A stretch of DNA of 64,000 bases from Solirubrobacteraceae bacterium. GTDB taxonomy: Bacteria; Actinomycetota; Thermoleophilia; Solirubrobacterales; Solirubrobacteraceae. The notes under the pieces are model-generated. The model saw only the letters and a list, made by a program, of their open reading frames with translations, ran no database searches and was not told the origin of the DNA. Each line of letters begins with the position of its first letter. The stretch's first letter is position 1. The stretch is from NCBI GenBank assembly GCA_036266805.1, contig DATAXK010000025.1, positions 54,497 to 118,496 on the forward strand, read 5' to 3'. The position numbers and the translations under genes are program-made. Shown here one piece after another: positions 28,154-39,000 of the stretch.

Positions 28154-31100
28154 ATGTCGATTGCGCTCGTAACCGGACCCGCCAACGCCGGCAAGGCGCA
28201 CGTCCTGTTGGAAGCGGTGCGCGGATACGTGGCGCGGGGGCAGGAGCCGCTGCTGGTGGTGCCGACCGAGGCGGACCAGGATCGCTACCGGCGCGAGCTG
28301 GCCGAGGAGGGATTGACGCTCGGCGTCCGGGTCGAGCGTTTCGACGGCCTGCTGGCGGAGGTGCTGGCCAGGGTCGGAGGGGCGCGCGCGCCGCTTGGCG
28401 AGATGGCGCGCGCGCATCTGCTGGCACGGCTGGCAGGCGCCCGCCCGGGCATGGCCGGGGAGCTGGCGACCCTGGTTGCCGCCCTCGAGACCCAGCGTGT
28501 GACTCCGGCCAGGCTGCGTGGCGCGCTGCGCGCGTCGAGATCCGAGGGGAAGGAGTCCGGCGAGCAAGTACCTGCCGGGGGAGTGCCTGCCGGGGGAGTG
28601 CCTGGCGGAGGAGTGCCTGGCGAGGGAGTGCATGGCGAAGAAGTGCATGGCGGGGGAATGCCTGGCGAGCGAGGGTCCGGCGAGCAGGCGCCGCTGGAGG
28701 GTCTCTGCACGGTCTTCGAGCGCTACCAACAGACGCTCGCGCAAATGCGGCGCGTCGATCGCGAGCTGCGCGCGACGAGGGCATTGGATGGGCTGCGCCG
28801 CAAGCCCGCGTCGTGGGGTGCGGTCCCGGTGCTGCTCTACGGCTTCGACGACTTCACCGAGCTGCAGATCGACACGATCGTGACGCTCGGCGGCGTGGTG
28901 GACGCTCCCGTGATGGTCTCGCTGGCATACGAGCCGGGGCGTGTCGCCTTCCTCGGCCGCGCCGCCACTTTCCAGCGGCTCGCGCCGCTCGCCGACGCCT
29001 ATACCGAGTTGTCGGCGCGTGCCGACCATTACGCTCCGTCCTCGCGCGAGGCGCTGCACCACCTGGAGCGCTCGCTGTTCGGCGACGACCCGCAACGGGT
29101 GGAGCCCGGGGAGGCGGTGAGGCTGCTCGAAGGCGGCAGCCCACGAGCGGAGCTGGAGCTCGTCGCCGGCGAGGTCAGGGCGCTGCTCGACGGCGGCGTG
29201 CCGGCGGAGGAGATCGCGATCGTGCACCGCTCTCCCGAGACGATCGCCGGCCTGCTCGGAGAAGTGCTGGAGGATTTCGAGATCCCCTACGCGCAGCATC
29301 GCCGCACGCTGTTCGCCGACACCGCGCTCGGTCGCGGCCTGCTGGGAATGCTGCGCTGCGCCACCGAAGTCGGCGAGCTGGGCGATCTGCTGGCCTGGCT
29401 GGGAGCGCCTGGCGTGCTCGAGCACCCGGAGCTGCTCGATCGCTTCGAGCTCAGCGCACGCCGGCGGGGAGCGCTCGACGGCGCTCGCGCCCGCGCTCTG
29501 TGGGAGGCCGAGAACTGGCCGCTCGAGCGCATCGATCGCCTACGCGAAGCGGCAGCCGCCGGCACGCGCACGCTGCTCGACCTGCTCGCCGAGGAACTGC
29601 AGCGCCTCGGCGGCGCCGCCAGCGCCAGTGCTGCCGGCGCCGCCAACACCAACTCCAGTACCAGTGCCGCCAGCGCTAGCGCCCCCACCGCCAGCGCCGC
29701 GGTGCCGCCAAGTGAAGACGAGCCCGACGAAGACCAGCCAGACGAGGCGCGCGTGCTTGCAGGCGCGCGCGCCGCGCTCGAGGAGTTGCGCGAGCTGGCG
29801 CGCGCCGCGCCACAGCTGGCACCGAGCGCAGGCGAGCTGATCGGGCTGTTGGAGCGGCTGGAGCTCGAGGCAGGGGAGCAGCTCGAGCCGGGGCGGGTCG
29901 TGGTACTCGCCCCCCTGTCACTGAGGGCACGACGCGTGAGAATGGTATTTGCCTGTGGGCTGCAGGAGGGCGTCTTTCCGACGACCGCCACGCCCAACCC
30001 CCTCCTCCAAGAGCACCAGCGTCGCGAGCTGGCGCGGGGTTCGGGGTTGGTGTTGCGTGGCGAGCCAGACACGCTGGCGGCTGAGCGCTACTTGCTCTAT
30101 GCCCTGACCTCGCGCCCGCTCGAGCGCCTCACGCTCAGCTGGCACAGCGCCGACGAAGAGGGCACGCCGGTCGCTCGTTCGCTGTTCGTCGACGACGTCT
30201 GCGACCTGTTCACCGCGGCGCTGAGCGAGCGCACCGTACGTCGCGTCGCCGGCGCGGCCGGCTGGCCTGGTCCTGGAAGACCGGCCGGGGCTATGGCAAG
30301 GCGCGCCGCCGCGATCTCCGCGGCCGCCGTCTCTCCCAGCGCACCGGCCGCCCCGATCGCGCCGCTGCGAGACGAGCGCGTGCTGGCGGAGATGCGCGAG
30401 CGCGTGCTGTGGTCCGCTTCGGCGCTTGAGAGCTGGACCGCCTGTCCCGTGAAGTGGTTCGTGGAGCGCCTGCTGCGCGCCGCTGACATCGAGCCCGACC
30501 CCGAGCCATTGGCGCGCGGCGGATTGGCCCACGCGGCGTTGAAGGACACGCTGGAGCGCCTGCGCGAGCGCACGGGCTCGGCACGCTTGACCCCGGCGAG
30601 CGTCGGTCTCGCCAAGCGCCTGCTGGCAGAGGCTCTGCTCGAGTTGGAACCCAGCCACCCGCTGTCGGTCGCCCCAGCTCGTCTGCCCGGGGCGCGTCGG
30701 CGCTTGCGGGTGGACCTAGAACGCTACTTGGAGTACGCCGCCGAGCAGTCCAGCCCGCTGGAGCCGACATACCTGGAGTTGGAGTTCGGCTTCGGCGAGC
30801 ACCCGCGCGAGCAGTCAGATGCGGAGGTCAGCTCGCGCACTGGTGAATCGCGCACTGGTGAGGAGGGCGCGCCGGCCGTTGGTGACGAAGGAGCGCCGGC
30901 CGCCGGCGCAGAGCGCGCGACGCGCACGCTACCTGCGCTCGAGCTGGGCGAGGGCGTGCTCTTGCGCGGTCGCATCGACCGTGTGGACGTCGGCTCGGCG
31001 GGAGAGGCGCTGGTCTACGACTACAAGGGCCTGGGCGCCCCGCCGGCGGCAAAGTGGCTTGCCGACGGCTCCTTCCAGGTGGCGCTCTACATGCGCGCCG

Positions 31101-31387
31101 TCGAGACCCTGCTCGACCACGGCGTGCTCGGTGGCTTCTATCAGCCGTTGGCAGGCAGGGACATCCGCGCGCGCGGTGTGCTCGACGGCGATGGCACGCT
31201 GGATATCGACTGCGTTCGCACCGATCGCCTCGATCACGACGCGATGCGCGAGCTGCTCGACGAGTGCCTGGCCGCTGCCTTGCGCGCCGCCGGCGAGGCG
31301 CGCGCGGGAGCGCTCGAGCCACGGCCGGCCAGCTGCGCCTACAACGGCGGATGCTCATATCCGACCATCTGTCGCTGCGAGCGATGA
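28154..31387 (+). CDS. addB: AddB-like helicase/nuclease subunit with PD-(D/E)XK nuclease and Fe-S staple Cys
   Basis: GPANAGK; LRGRIDRVD, VYDYK, FQVALY; Cys in ACPVKW and CAYNGGCSYPTIC. Confidence 0.8.
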   Translation: MSIALVTGPANAGKAHVLLEAVRGYVARGQEPLLVVPTEADQDRYRRELAEEGLTLGVRVERFDGLLAEVLARVGGARAPLGEMARAHLLARLAGARPGMAGELATLVAALETQRVTPARLRGALRASRSEGKESGEQVPAGGVPAGGVPGGGVPGEGVHGEEVHGGGMPGERGSGEQAPLEGLCTVFERYQQTLAQMRRVDRELRATRALDGLRRKPASWGAVPVLLYGFDDFTELQIDTIVTLGGVVDAPVMVSLAYEPGRVAFLGRAATFQRLAPLADAYTELSARADHYAPSSREALHHLERSLFGDDPQRVEPGEAVRLLEGGSPRAELELVAGEVRALLDGGVPAEEIAIVHRSPETIAGLLGEVLEDFEIPYAQHRRTLFADTALGRGLLGMLRCATEVGELGDLLAWLGAPGVLEHPELLDRFELSARRRGALDGARARALWEAENWPLERIDRLREAAAAGTRTLLDLLAEELQRLGGAASASAAGAANTNSSTSAASASAPTASAAVPPSEDEPDEDQPDEARVLAGARAALEELRELARAAPQLAPSAGELIGLLERLELEAGEQLEPGRVVVLAPLSLRARRVRMVFACGLQEGVFPTTATPNPLLQEHQRRELARGSGLVLRGEPDTLAAERYLLYALTSRPLERLTLSWHSADEEGTPVARSLFVDDVCDLFTAALSERTVRRVAGAAGWPGPGRPAGAMARRAAAISAAAVSPSAPAAPIAPLRDERVLAEMRERVLWSASALESWTACPVKWFVERLLRAADIEPDPEPLARGGLAHAALKDTLERLRERTGSARLTPASVGLAKRLLAEALLELEPSHPLSVAPARLPGARRRLRVDLERYLEYAAEQSSPLEPTYLELEFGFGEHPREQSDAEVSSRTGESRTGEEGAPAVGDEGAPAAGAERATRTLPALELGEGVLLRGRIDRVDVGSAGEALVYDYKGLGAPPAAKWLADGSFQVALYMRAVETLLDHGVLGGFYQPLAGRDIRARGVLDGDGTLDIDCVRTDRLDHDAMRELLDECLAAALRAAGEARAGALEPRPASCAYNGGCSYPTICRCER
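28551..28685 (+). repeat. 15-bp minisatellite, 9 units, in frame in addB
   Basis: Units such as GAGTGCCTGCCGGGG, GAGTGCCTGGCGGAG, GAGTGCATGGCGAAG encode (V/M)-(P/H)-(A/G)-(G/E)-(G/E) pentapeptides. Confidence 0.9.
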
Positions 31388-33852
31388 GTCCCCGACAGGG
31401 CAGGAACGAGACGGCGCTCGCGAGCGGTCTGCTCGTTCAACAGCAGCTGACGCTCGACTACGAGCAGCCCGCAAGCCCATCGCCGGCGCGGCGAGCGCTC
31501 ACCGACGAGCAGGAGCGCGCGGCCGCCAACCGCCACGGCTCGCTGCTGCTCGCCGCCGGCGCCGGCAGCGGCAAGACCTCGGTGCTGGTCGAGCGCTTCG
31601 TGCGCGCCGTGCGCGAGGATGGCGTCGCCCCCGGGCGGATCCTCGCGATCACTTTCACCGAGCGCGCGGCGGGCGAGTTGCGCCAGCGGGTGCGCTCGCG
31701 CATGCTGGAGCTGGGCGAGCGCGAGGCCGCCCGCGAGACCGAGGCCGCGAATGTGTGCACCTTCCACAGCTTCTGTGCGCGGCTGCTGCGCATCCATCCG
31801 CTCCAGGCGGGTGTGGAACCGGGCTTCGAGATCCTCGAGGAGGGGATCGCCACGAGGCTGCGCATACTTGCCTTCGGCGATGCGCTGGGCGACTTCCTGG
31901 CCGGTGAGCGCCAGCGGGCGGTCGATCTCGTGGCCGCCTACGGCGCCGACCCCCTGAGCACAATGGTGCTGGGCGCCTACGCGCAGCTGCGCAGTCAGGG
32001 ACAGGCACGTCCACGCCTGCCCACAGAGCCTCGCCAGAGGAGCCTGAACCTCTCGGACGCCGATGTCGACGCGCTCGTCGCCTGCGAGCTGACGGACGAG
32101 TTGCTCGAGCGCTTCGGGGTCCGCTACGGCGAGCGCAAGCGTGCGCGCGCCGCACTCGACTTCGACGACCTCGAGCTGAGCGCGCGCGCGCTGCTGCAAG
32201 CGCACGCGGACGTGCGCGAATCCTGGGCGGAGCGCTTCCAGCTGTTGATGGTGGACGAGCTCCAGGACTCGAACCCGCGCCAGCTGCAGGTGCTGGCCGC
32301 GCTCGATCGCGACAATCTGTTCACCGTCGGCGACGAGCTGCAGTCGATCTATGGCTTTCGCCATGCCGACGTCGGCCTCTTTCGCGAGCGTCGCGAACGG
32401 CTGGCACGCGACGCCGCCAGCCTCGAGCTGACTCGCAACTTTCGCAGCCTGCCCCCGATCCTCGGCTCGGTCAAGCGAATCTTCTCCGAGCGGATGGGCG
32501 AGCGCTTCACAGCGCTAACTCCCGCGCGCTCTGTGCGTGAAGGCTCCTGGCCGGTAGACGAGCCGCTCGTCGAGCTGCTGCTCTGCGACAAGCGCGGCTG
32601 GGAGCAGCTTCCAGGCGACGAGGATCTTGCGGGCCTGGCGCAAGCCACGCCGTGGCGCCAGGCCGAAGCGGCTCTGCTGGCCGAGCGCATCGCGGGGCTG
32701 ATCGCGAGCGGCGGTGCTCGAGCAGGGGAGGTTGTGGTGCTGTTGCGCGCGCTGGGCGACATGCCCGTGTACGAGAGCGCGTTGCGCCGCCGCGGCCTGC
32801 CCACGCTCGCCGGGGTCGGCGGCTTCTGGAGCCATCAACAGATCGGCGATCTGCTCGCATGGCTGCGAGCGCTGGCAAACCCGCTCGACGAGCTGGCGCT
32901 GTACGCCACGCTCGCATCGCCGCTCGTGGGTCTCTCGAGCGATGCGCTCGTGCTGCTCGCGCGCGTCGTTCGGGAGCGCGGTCACGGGCGCGGCGTGTGG
33001 CAGGCGATGCTCGAGTACTCGGCGGAGCTGGATGCCCTGCTGCCGCCCGCGGACCGCGAGCGGGTCGTTGCCTTCCGCGAACTGTTTGCGGCCGAGCGCG
33101 CGGCCGCTCGGCCGCACCCGGCCTCCGAGCTGTTGCGTCGTGTCATCCGCGCCAGCGGCTACGACGCCCACGTGCTCTCGCTCGGCTGGGGCGAGCGGCG
33201 GCTTGCCAATGTGCACAAGCTGATAGGCATGGCGCGCCGTTTCGAGGCGCGGGAGGGCCGCGACCTGCGCGCCTTCCTCGATCACGTCGCGCACCTCGAA
33301 GCCGCGCTGGCCGGTCGCGAGGCCGAAGCGCCGGTCGACGCCCCCCAATCGCGGGGGCCAGACGCGCGGCCGGAAGCGGTACGCCTGATGAGCATTCACG
33401 CGGCCAAGGGACTCGAGTTCCCGGTCGTGTGCGTCGCCGACCTGGGCCGCGAAGTCAACCTGCGCGTGCCAGACCTCTTGTTCGACGAGCCCAGCGGGCG
33501 CCTGGGCCTGCGCCTGCGGCGGCTGGGCGACCCGGAGGCGGTCAGCGCGCTCGCCTACGAGCAACTGCGCGACGAGCGTCGCGTTGCGCAGGAAGAGGAG
33601 GAGGACCGTGTCCTGTACGTCGCCTGCACGCGAGCGGAGAACAGGCTGCTGCTGAGCGGCGCCGTGGCGTTCGAGCGCTGGCCGGCCATCAGGCCCGGCG
33701 TCGCTCCGATCGCATGGATGGCACCGGCGCTCGTGCCCGACGTGCCCACGCTTACCGCCTCCGGTCATCCACCGGCGGAGGCTCTGACGGTGGATCTCGG
33801 CGGCGGATTGACGGTACGTTGCATGTTTCGCTCCTCAGGCGCTGTTGCATGA
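31384..33852 (+). CDS. addA: AddA-like UvrD/SF1 helicase with no C-terminal nuclease domain
   Basis: AAGAGSGKT, ITFTERAA, VDELQD, VGDELQSIYGFR, NFRS, SIHAAKGLEFPVV, LYVACTRA; ATGA overlap with addB. Confidence 0.82.
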   Translation: MSPRQGRNETALASGLLVQQQLTLDYEQPASPSPARRALTDEQERAAANRHGSLLLAAGAGSGKTSVLVERFVRAVREDGVAPGRILAITFTERAAGELRQRVRSRMLELGEREAARETEAANVCTFHSFCARLLRIHPLQAGVEPGFEILEEGIATRLRILAFGDALGDFLAGERQRAVDLVAAYGADPLSTMVLGAYAQLRSQGQARPRLPTEPRQRSLNLSDADVDALVACELTDELLERFGVRYGERKRARAALDFDDLELSARALLQAHADVRESWAERFQLLMVDELQDSNPRQLQVLAALDRDNLFTVGDELQSIYGFRHADVGLFRERRERLARDAASLELTRNFRSLPPILGSVKRIFSERMGERFTALTPARSVREGSWPVDEPLVELLLCDKRGWEQLPGDEDLAGLAQATPWRQAEAALLAERIAGLIASGGARAGEVVVLLRALGDMPVYESALRRRGLPTLAGVGGFWSHQQIGDLLAWLRALANPLDELALYATLASPLVGLSSDALVLLARVVRERGHGRGVWQAMLEYSAELDALLPPADRERVVAFRELFAAERAAARPHPASELLRRVIRASGYDAHVLSLGWGERRLANVHKLIGMARRFEAREGRDLRAFLDHVAHLEAALAGREAEAPVDAPQSRGPDARPEAVRLMSIHAAKGLEFPVVCVADLGREVNLRVPDLLFDEPSGRLGLRLRRLGDPEAVSALAYEQLRDERRVAQEEEEDRVLYVACTRAENRLLLSGAVAFERWPAIRPGVAPIAWMAPALVPDVPTLTASGHPPAEALTVDLGGGLTVRCMFRSSGAVA

Positions 33853-34065
33853 GAGCAGGCGCCGAAGGGCCGAGGGCTTCGCTGTTACGGAAAGACCTCA
33901 CCGTTGTGCCGCCTGACGCGTCCGCTCGTGCGCGCTTGTGCTCGTGCGGGTAAACCCGCACCATGAGTGAGCGGTCCGCCACATTGGAATCCGACGGTTG
34001 AAGGGGTAGCCTCAAAAGTCGAGCAGCACAAAGTGTTGCAATTGAGCGAGGCCGAAGAGGAGCTC

Positions 34066-34851
34066 ATGGCAAGCGGAAAGTCAGCGGCTACGGTAATTCA
34101 GGTGCCGTCTGCCTTGCCCGACCTCGAGCTGTTTGCCCGCATGCGCGGCGACGGCGACCAGCATGCTCGTGAGCTGCTCGTCGAGCGCTACCTGCCGCTC
34201 GCACGCCGCCTGGCACGCCGCTACCAGCACACCGACGAGCCGATCGAGGATCTGATCCAGGTCGCCTCGATCGGATTGCTGAAGGCGGTGGACCGTTTCG
34301 ATTGCTCGCGCGAGGTGATGTTCTCCAGCTACGCGGTGCCCACCATCCTGGGCGAGCTCAAGCGCCATTTTCGCGATCGCACGTGGTCGGTGCGAGTCCC
34401 GCGCGACCTGCAGGAGTTGGCGTTGCGAGTCGATCAGACGGTCACGCGACTGTCGCTTGGTCAGCGTCACTCCCCGTCGGTCGGGGAGGTCGCGCGAGCG
34501 GTCGAAGCCTCCGAGGAGCAGGTGCTCGAGGCGCTCGAGGCGATGGGCGCCTACAGAGCGGGCTCACTCGATGCGCCACGCTCTGGGCGGGACGAGGAGA
34601 CCGAGACGGTTGCCGAGGGCCTCGGCTCAGATGACGATGGCTTCGCCAGGGCGGAGGAGCGGGCGACTTTGGAGCCGCTGATGGGTCAGATCGGCGAGCG
34701 CGAGCGCGTCGTGCTGAAGCTTCGCTTCGGCGACGACCTCACGCAGGCGGAGATCGGCGAGCGGATAGGCGTCTCCCAGATGCAGGTCTCGCGTTTGATC
34801 CGCCAAGCTTTGAGCCGCTTGCGTGCGGGCGCCGATGCCTCTGCCCAATAG
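34066..34851 (+). CDS. SigB/SigF/SigG family RNA polymerase sigma factor
   Basis: DLIQVASIGLLKAVDRFD, YAVPTILGELKRHFRD, TQAEIGERIGVSQMQVSRL; GAGGAG before ATG 34066 (ORF-track start 33967). Confidence 0.92.
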   Translation: MASGKSAATVIQVPSALPDLELFARMRGDGDQHARELLVERYLPLARRLARRYQHTDEPIEDLIQVASIGLLKAVDRFDCSREVMFSSYAVPTILGELKRHFRDRTWSVRVPRDLQELALRVDQTVTRLSLGQRHSPSVGEVARAVEASEEQVLEALEAMGAYRAGSLDAPRSGRDEETETVAEGLGSDDDGFARAEERATLEPLMGQIGERERVVLKLRFGDDLTQAEIGERIGVSQMQVSRLIRQALSRLRAGADASAQ

Positions 34852-34867
34852 GGATCCGGGTCGCTTG

Positions 34868-35371
34868 CTACCGACTGCGGGATGAGCGCGCACGCAGTGC
34901 GATGACCAGTTGCGAGCCCTCGCCGCACGCCCCAGGCTCCACGGATACGCGCTCGGCGATGCACTCGAGCACGTTGCCCACGACCGGCAGCATCGCGTCT
35001 TGGACGAGGCCGCCCGCGCCATCGTCCTTGAGGCCGAGCACACGCAGCTCGGCCTCGTGCTCGCCGACTTGGATGCTGAACGTCACGGTGGCGTCGCTCG
35101 AGTGCGCGAAGGCGTGCGCCGACAGCGCATCGCACACGAGCTGCGTGTCGTCGAGCCGGTCGAGCGGCCAGTTGGCGCGGGCGAGCATCATCGACACCAC
35201 CCGCGACAGCACGGGACCGACGAATGGCCCGTGGGCGAGGCGCACACGCGCAAAGTTGCCGTCGGCCGGCTCGACTTCGTCGGGGAGCGACTCCATCACG
35301 GTAGATCGATCCAAGGAGACGGTGCCCAGCGAATCGACCGGGTCTGCTTGCTCAACCGGCTCGATCGCCAT
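34868..35371 (-). CDS. Degenerate anti-sigma-like (HATPase_c-like) protein
   Basis: RLDDTQLVCDAL resembles the RsbW-type helix but lacks the N-box Asn and G-boxes; overlaps the upstream anti-sigma gene. Confidence 0.55.
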   Translation of the reverse strand: MAIEPVEQADPVDSLGTVSLDRSTVMESLPDEVEPADGNFARVRLAHGPFVGPVLSRVVSMMLARANWPLDRLDDTQLVCDALSAHAFAHSSDATVTFSIQVGEHEAELRVLGLKDDGAGGLVQDAMLPVVGNVLECIAERVSVEPGACGEGSQLVIALRARSSRSR

Positions 35372-35858
35372 GTCCGTGGCCGCCTGCCTGCCTGTCGTGG
35401 GCCCATTGGGTATGCCCTTCGGGGTGCGCCGGCAAGGGTGTGCCCGGCAGGTTGTTCATGCTCGTTTGCGAGTCGGCCAGCGAGAACGTCATTCGCACCT
35501 CCGTGTGCTCGACGTCGTCGTGGCCCAGTTGCACGCTGTCGGCCAGCGCCGCGATCAGCGATAGCCCGAGGCCGAGCCCCGGGCTATCCGGGCGTGGCCC
35601 GATACCGCGTCCCCAATCGCGCACGAGCACCGTGAGGGTGTCCTCGTGCTTGCTCGCGACCACTTCCATCGGCCCATAGTGGCCATCCGGATAGGCGTGC
35701 ACGACGACGTTTGCGCACGCCTCGGTAACCGCGAGGCGGATATCCGAGAGCTTGGCCTCGGGTACCGCGAAGGCCTCGGCGAGGCCGCCGAGGGCATACC
35801 GAACAACCGCAATATTCTCAGCTTGCGCCGTTAGCGCAAGCTCCATGTCCGGCGTCAT
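35352..35858 (-). CDS. RsbW-like anti-sigma factor (HATPase_c_2)
   Basis: DIRLAVTEACANVVVHAY, VRDWGRG, GLGLGLSLI. Confidence 0.88.
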   Translation of the reverse strand: MTPDMELALTAQAENIAVVRYALGGLAEAFAVPEAKLSDIRLAVTEACANVVVHAYPDGHYGPMEVVASKHEDTLTVLVRDWGRGIGPRPDSPGLGLGLSLIAALADSVQLGHDDVEHTEVRMTFSLADSQTSMNNLPGTPLPAHPEGHTQWAHDRQAGGHGHGDRAG

Positions 35859-36063
35859 TGCCTCTCCTGGCGCTTGCCGTACCTAGCGTGCCTTGCCGTC
35901 TCGCTCATAATGATCCCCGTCGAGGACGGATTTCACACGTCCAATACCGCTCCAGGGGCGATCTCGATGCTACGCTTTCTAGCTCCGCCTCAGGTGCCGA
36001 CCCCCCATGTCCGCGAGCGCGCCGTAGCCCAAAGGGGCCGCGTCGCCTCAAGGCAGCACTCAT

Positions 36064-39000
36064 ATGACTTCGCAAACATTGCCATCACAGGCCGCTGGAC
36101 TCTACGACCCCCGCTATGAGCATGACGCCTGCGGGGTCGGCATGGTTGCGCGCCTGGACAACGTCCCTACGCACGAGGTGGTTACACGCGCGCTGACCGC
36201 CTTGGAGAATCTCGAGCATCGTGGTGCCTCCGGGGCCGACCCGCTGACCGGCGACGGTGCCGGGATCCTGATGCAGATGCCCGACGAGCTGCTACGCGCG
36301 GTGGCGGGCTTCGAGTTGCCCCCGCTTGGCGCCTACGGGGTCTTCATGTGCTTCCTACCCACTGAGGACTTGGCGCGCGCGGAGGTCGAGGCTTTGCTCG
36401 AGCAGACCGTAGACAACGAGGGCCAGAGGGTGTTGGGTTGGCGCGACGTACCTGTCTGCCCCGAGCACACCGGTGCAACCGCCGCGGCCTGCCGCCCCGT
36501 GATCCGCCAGCTCTTCGTCGGCGCGGGCTCTTCCCCGACGCCGGGCGTGGCGGGGAAGGGGGAGGTGGGCGCCAAGGGCCTGGACCAGGACGCCTTCGAG
36601 CGCAAGCTGTACGTGATCCGGCGTGTCTGCGAACAGGCCGTGGCCGCCTGGCCGCCGGAGCGGCGCAAGGGCTTCTATGTCACCTCCGGCTCCTCGCGCA
36701 CGATCAACTACAAGGGCATGCTCATCAGCTACCAGCTCGGCGCTTTCTATCCCGACCTGCGCGACGAGCGCTGTAAGAGCGCACTGGGGCTCGTGCACTC
36801 GCGCTTCTCGACGAACACCTTCCCCAGCTGGGAGCTTGCCCATCCCTACCGCGTGATCTGCCACAACGGCGAGATCAACACGGTGATGGGCAACGTCAAC
36901 TGGATGCGCGCGCGCGAGTCCGAGCTTTCGAGCGAGCTGTTTGGCCAGGATCTGGCCAAGATCCTACCGGTCGTCACACAGGGCAACTCCGACTCGGCCA
37001 CGTTCGACAACGTGCTCGAGCTGCTGCTGCTGGCCGGGCGCTCGCTGCCCCACGCGGTGATGATGATGATCCCCGAGGCCTACCGGGCTCGCGCCGACCT
37101 CTCTGAGGAGCTGAAGGGTTTCTACGCCTTCCACTCATGCCTGATGGAGCCGTGGGACGGCCCCGCGGCGGTTGCCTTCACCGACGGTCGCGTAGTGGGA
37201 GCGACGCTCGACCGCAACGGCCTGCGCCCTGGGCGCTGGGTCCTGACCAAGGACGGCCATGTCGTGCTCGGCTCGGAGGCGGGCCTGCTCGACGTGCCCG
37301 CCGAGCAGGTTCTACGCCTCGGCCGGCTCCAGCCGGGCAAGCTGTTTCTCGTCGACCTCGAGCAGGGCTGTGTGGTGGACGACGGGGATGTCAAGCACCG
37401 CATCGCCACGCAGAAGCCATACGGCGAGTGGTACGCGCGCAACGCGGTGCGCTTTGCCGAGATCGCGCCCGCAGAGCAGGTGACGCTCTCCGACCAGCCT
37501 CTGCGCCGTCGTCAGCGCGCCTTCGGCTACTCCCAGGAGGACCTGCGCGTACTGCTCGAGCCGATGGCGCGCGACGCACAGGAGCCGCTCGGATCGATGG
37601 GCAACGATCTCTCGCTGGCCGTGCTCTCCGACCAGGCGCCGCCGCTGTTCTCGTACTTCAAGCAGCTGTTCGCGCAGGTCACGAATCCGCCGATCGATCC
37701 GATTCGTGAGGAAATCGTGATGAGCCTCTCGACCAGCCTCGGCACTGAGCGCAACCTGTTCGACGAGACCCCCGAGCACGCCCACAAGCTGGAGCTGGAC
37801 CAGCCGATCCTGCTCAATCGCGAGCTCGAGACGCTGCGCCACATCTCAACCGACGTTTTCTCTTCGCGTACGCTCGACATCACCTGGAAGGTCGCCGAGG
37901 GGCCCGAGGGCCTGGCGGAAGCGCTTGCGCGGGTCTGTGAGCAGGCACATGAGGCAATCGCCGAAGGCGTCAACATCATCATCCTCTCCGACCGTCTGCT
38001 CGGTCCGGCGCGTGCAGCGATTCCCTCGTTGCTTGCGGTCTCCTCGGTCCATCACCATCTGGTGCGCGAGGGCACGCGTCTGCGCGCCGGCATCGTGCTC
38101 GAGTCCGGCGAGCCGCGCGAGGTCCACCACTTCGCCACACTGATCGGCTACGGCGCCAGCGCGATCAATCCCTATGTAATGCTCGAGACGCTTGACGAAC
38201 TCGTTGTGCAGGGGCGCATCGTTCGTGCTGAGAACGGCTCCAGCGTTCCGCTCTCTCCCGAGCAGGCTGCGCAAAACACGATCAAGGCGATCGGCAAGGG
38301 GCTGCTCAAGACGATCTCCAAGATGGGGATCTCCACGATCCAGTCCTATCGCGGCGCGCAGATCTTCGAGGCTGTCGGCCTGGAGCCAGGCTTGATCGAG
38401 CGCCACTTCACCGGCACCGCCTCGCGCATCGGCGGCATCGGCCTGGACGTGTTGGCCGTCGAGGCGCTGGAGCGCCATGCGCGCGCATATCCCGCGCCGC
38501 GCGACGATCTGCTGCCGGTCGGCGGCGTCTACGCATGGCGTCGCGACGGCGAGCACCACATGTGGAACCCCGAGACGATCGCGCTCGTCCAGCACGCGGT
38601 GCGCTCGGCAAACGGCAACGTCGCCGCGGCCTTGCGGGGCGACGCCGACGCGCACGCCGAGGTGCGCGACTCGCCCGCTTTCCAGAAGTACCGCGAGTAC
38701 GCGGCCGCCGTCAACGAGGACGCCGCGCGCAAGGCCACTTTGCGTGGCCTGCTGCGGATTGGGCCGGAGCGCGACGGGAGGCCAGCTGGGACCGGCGAGG
38801 CCGGCACAAGCGCGATCCCGCTATCCGAGGTCGAGCCCGCCAGGGAGATCGTCAGGCGCTTTTGCACCGGCGCCATGAGCCTCGGCTCGATCTCCCGCGA
38901 GGCGCACGAGACGCTTGCGATCGCGATGAACCGCCTCGGCGGGCGCTCCAACACCGGCGAGGGCGGGGAGGACCCGGCGCGCTTCACGCCCGACGCCAAC

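Noticed and set aside
28551-28685. 15-bp repeat array as a CRISPR
   Set aside because: No spacers, units are degenerate and in frame within addB, and no cas genes are present
31054-31383. 110-aa N-terminal extension of the AddA-like ORF
   Set aside because: Lies within addB in another frame; the ATGA-coupled start at 31384 is more plausible
33850-33966. TGA read-through or frameshift restoring the AddA nuclease
   Set aside because: All frames close or run into the sigma gene within about 200 bp, with no PD-(D/E)XK motif
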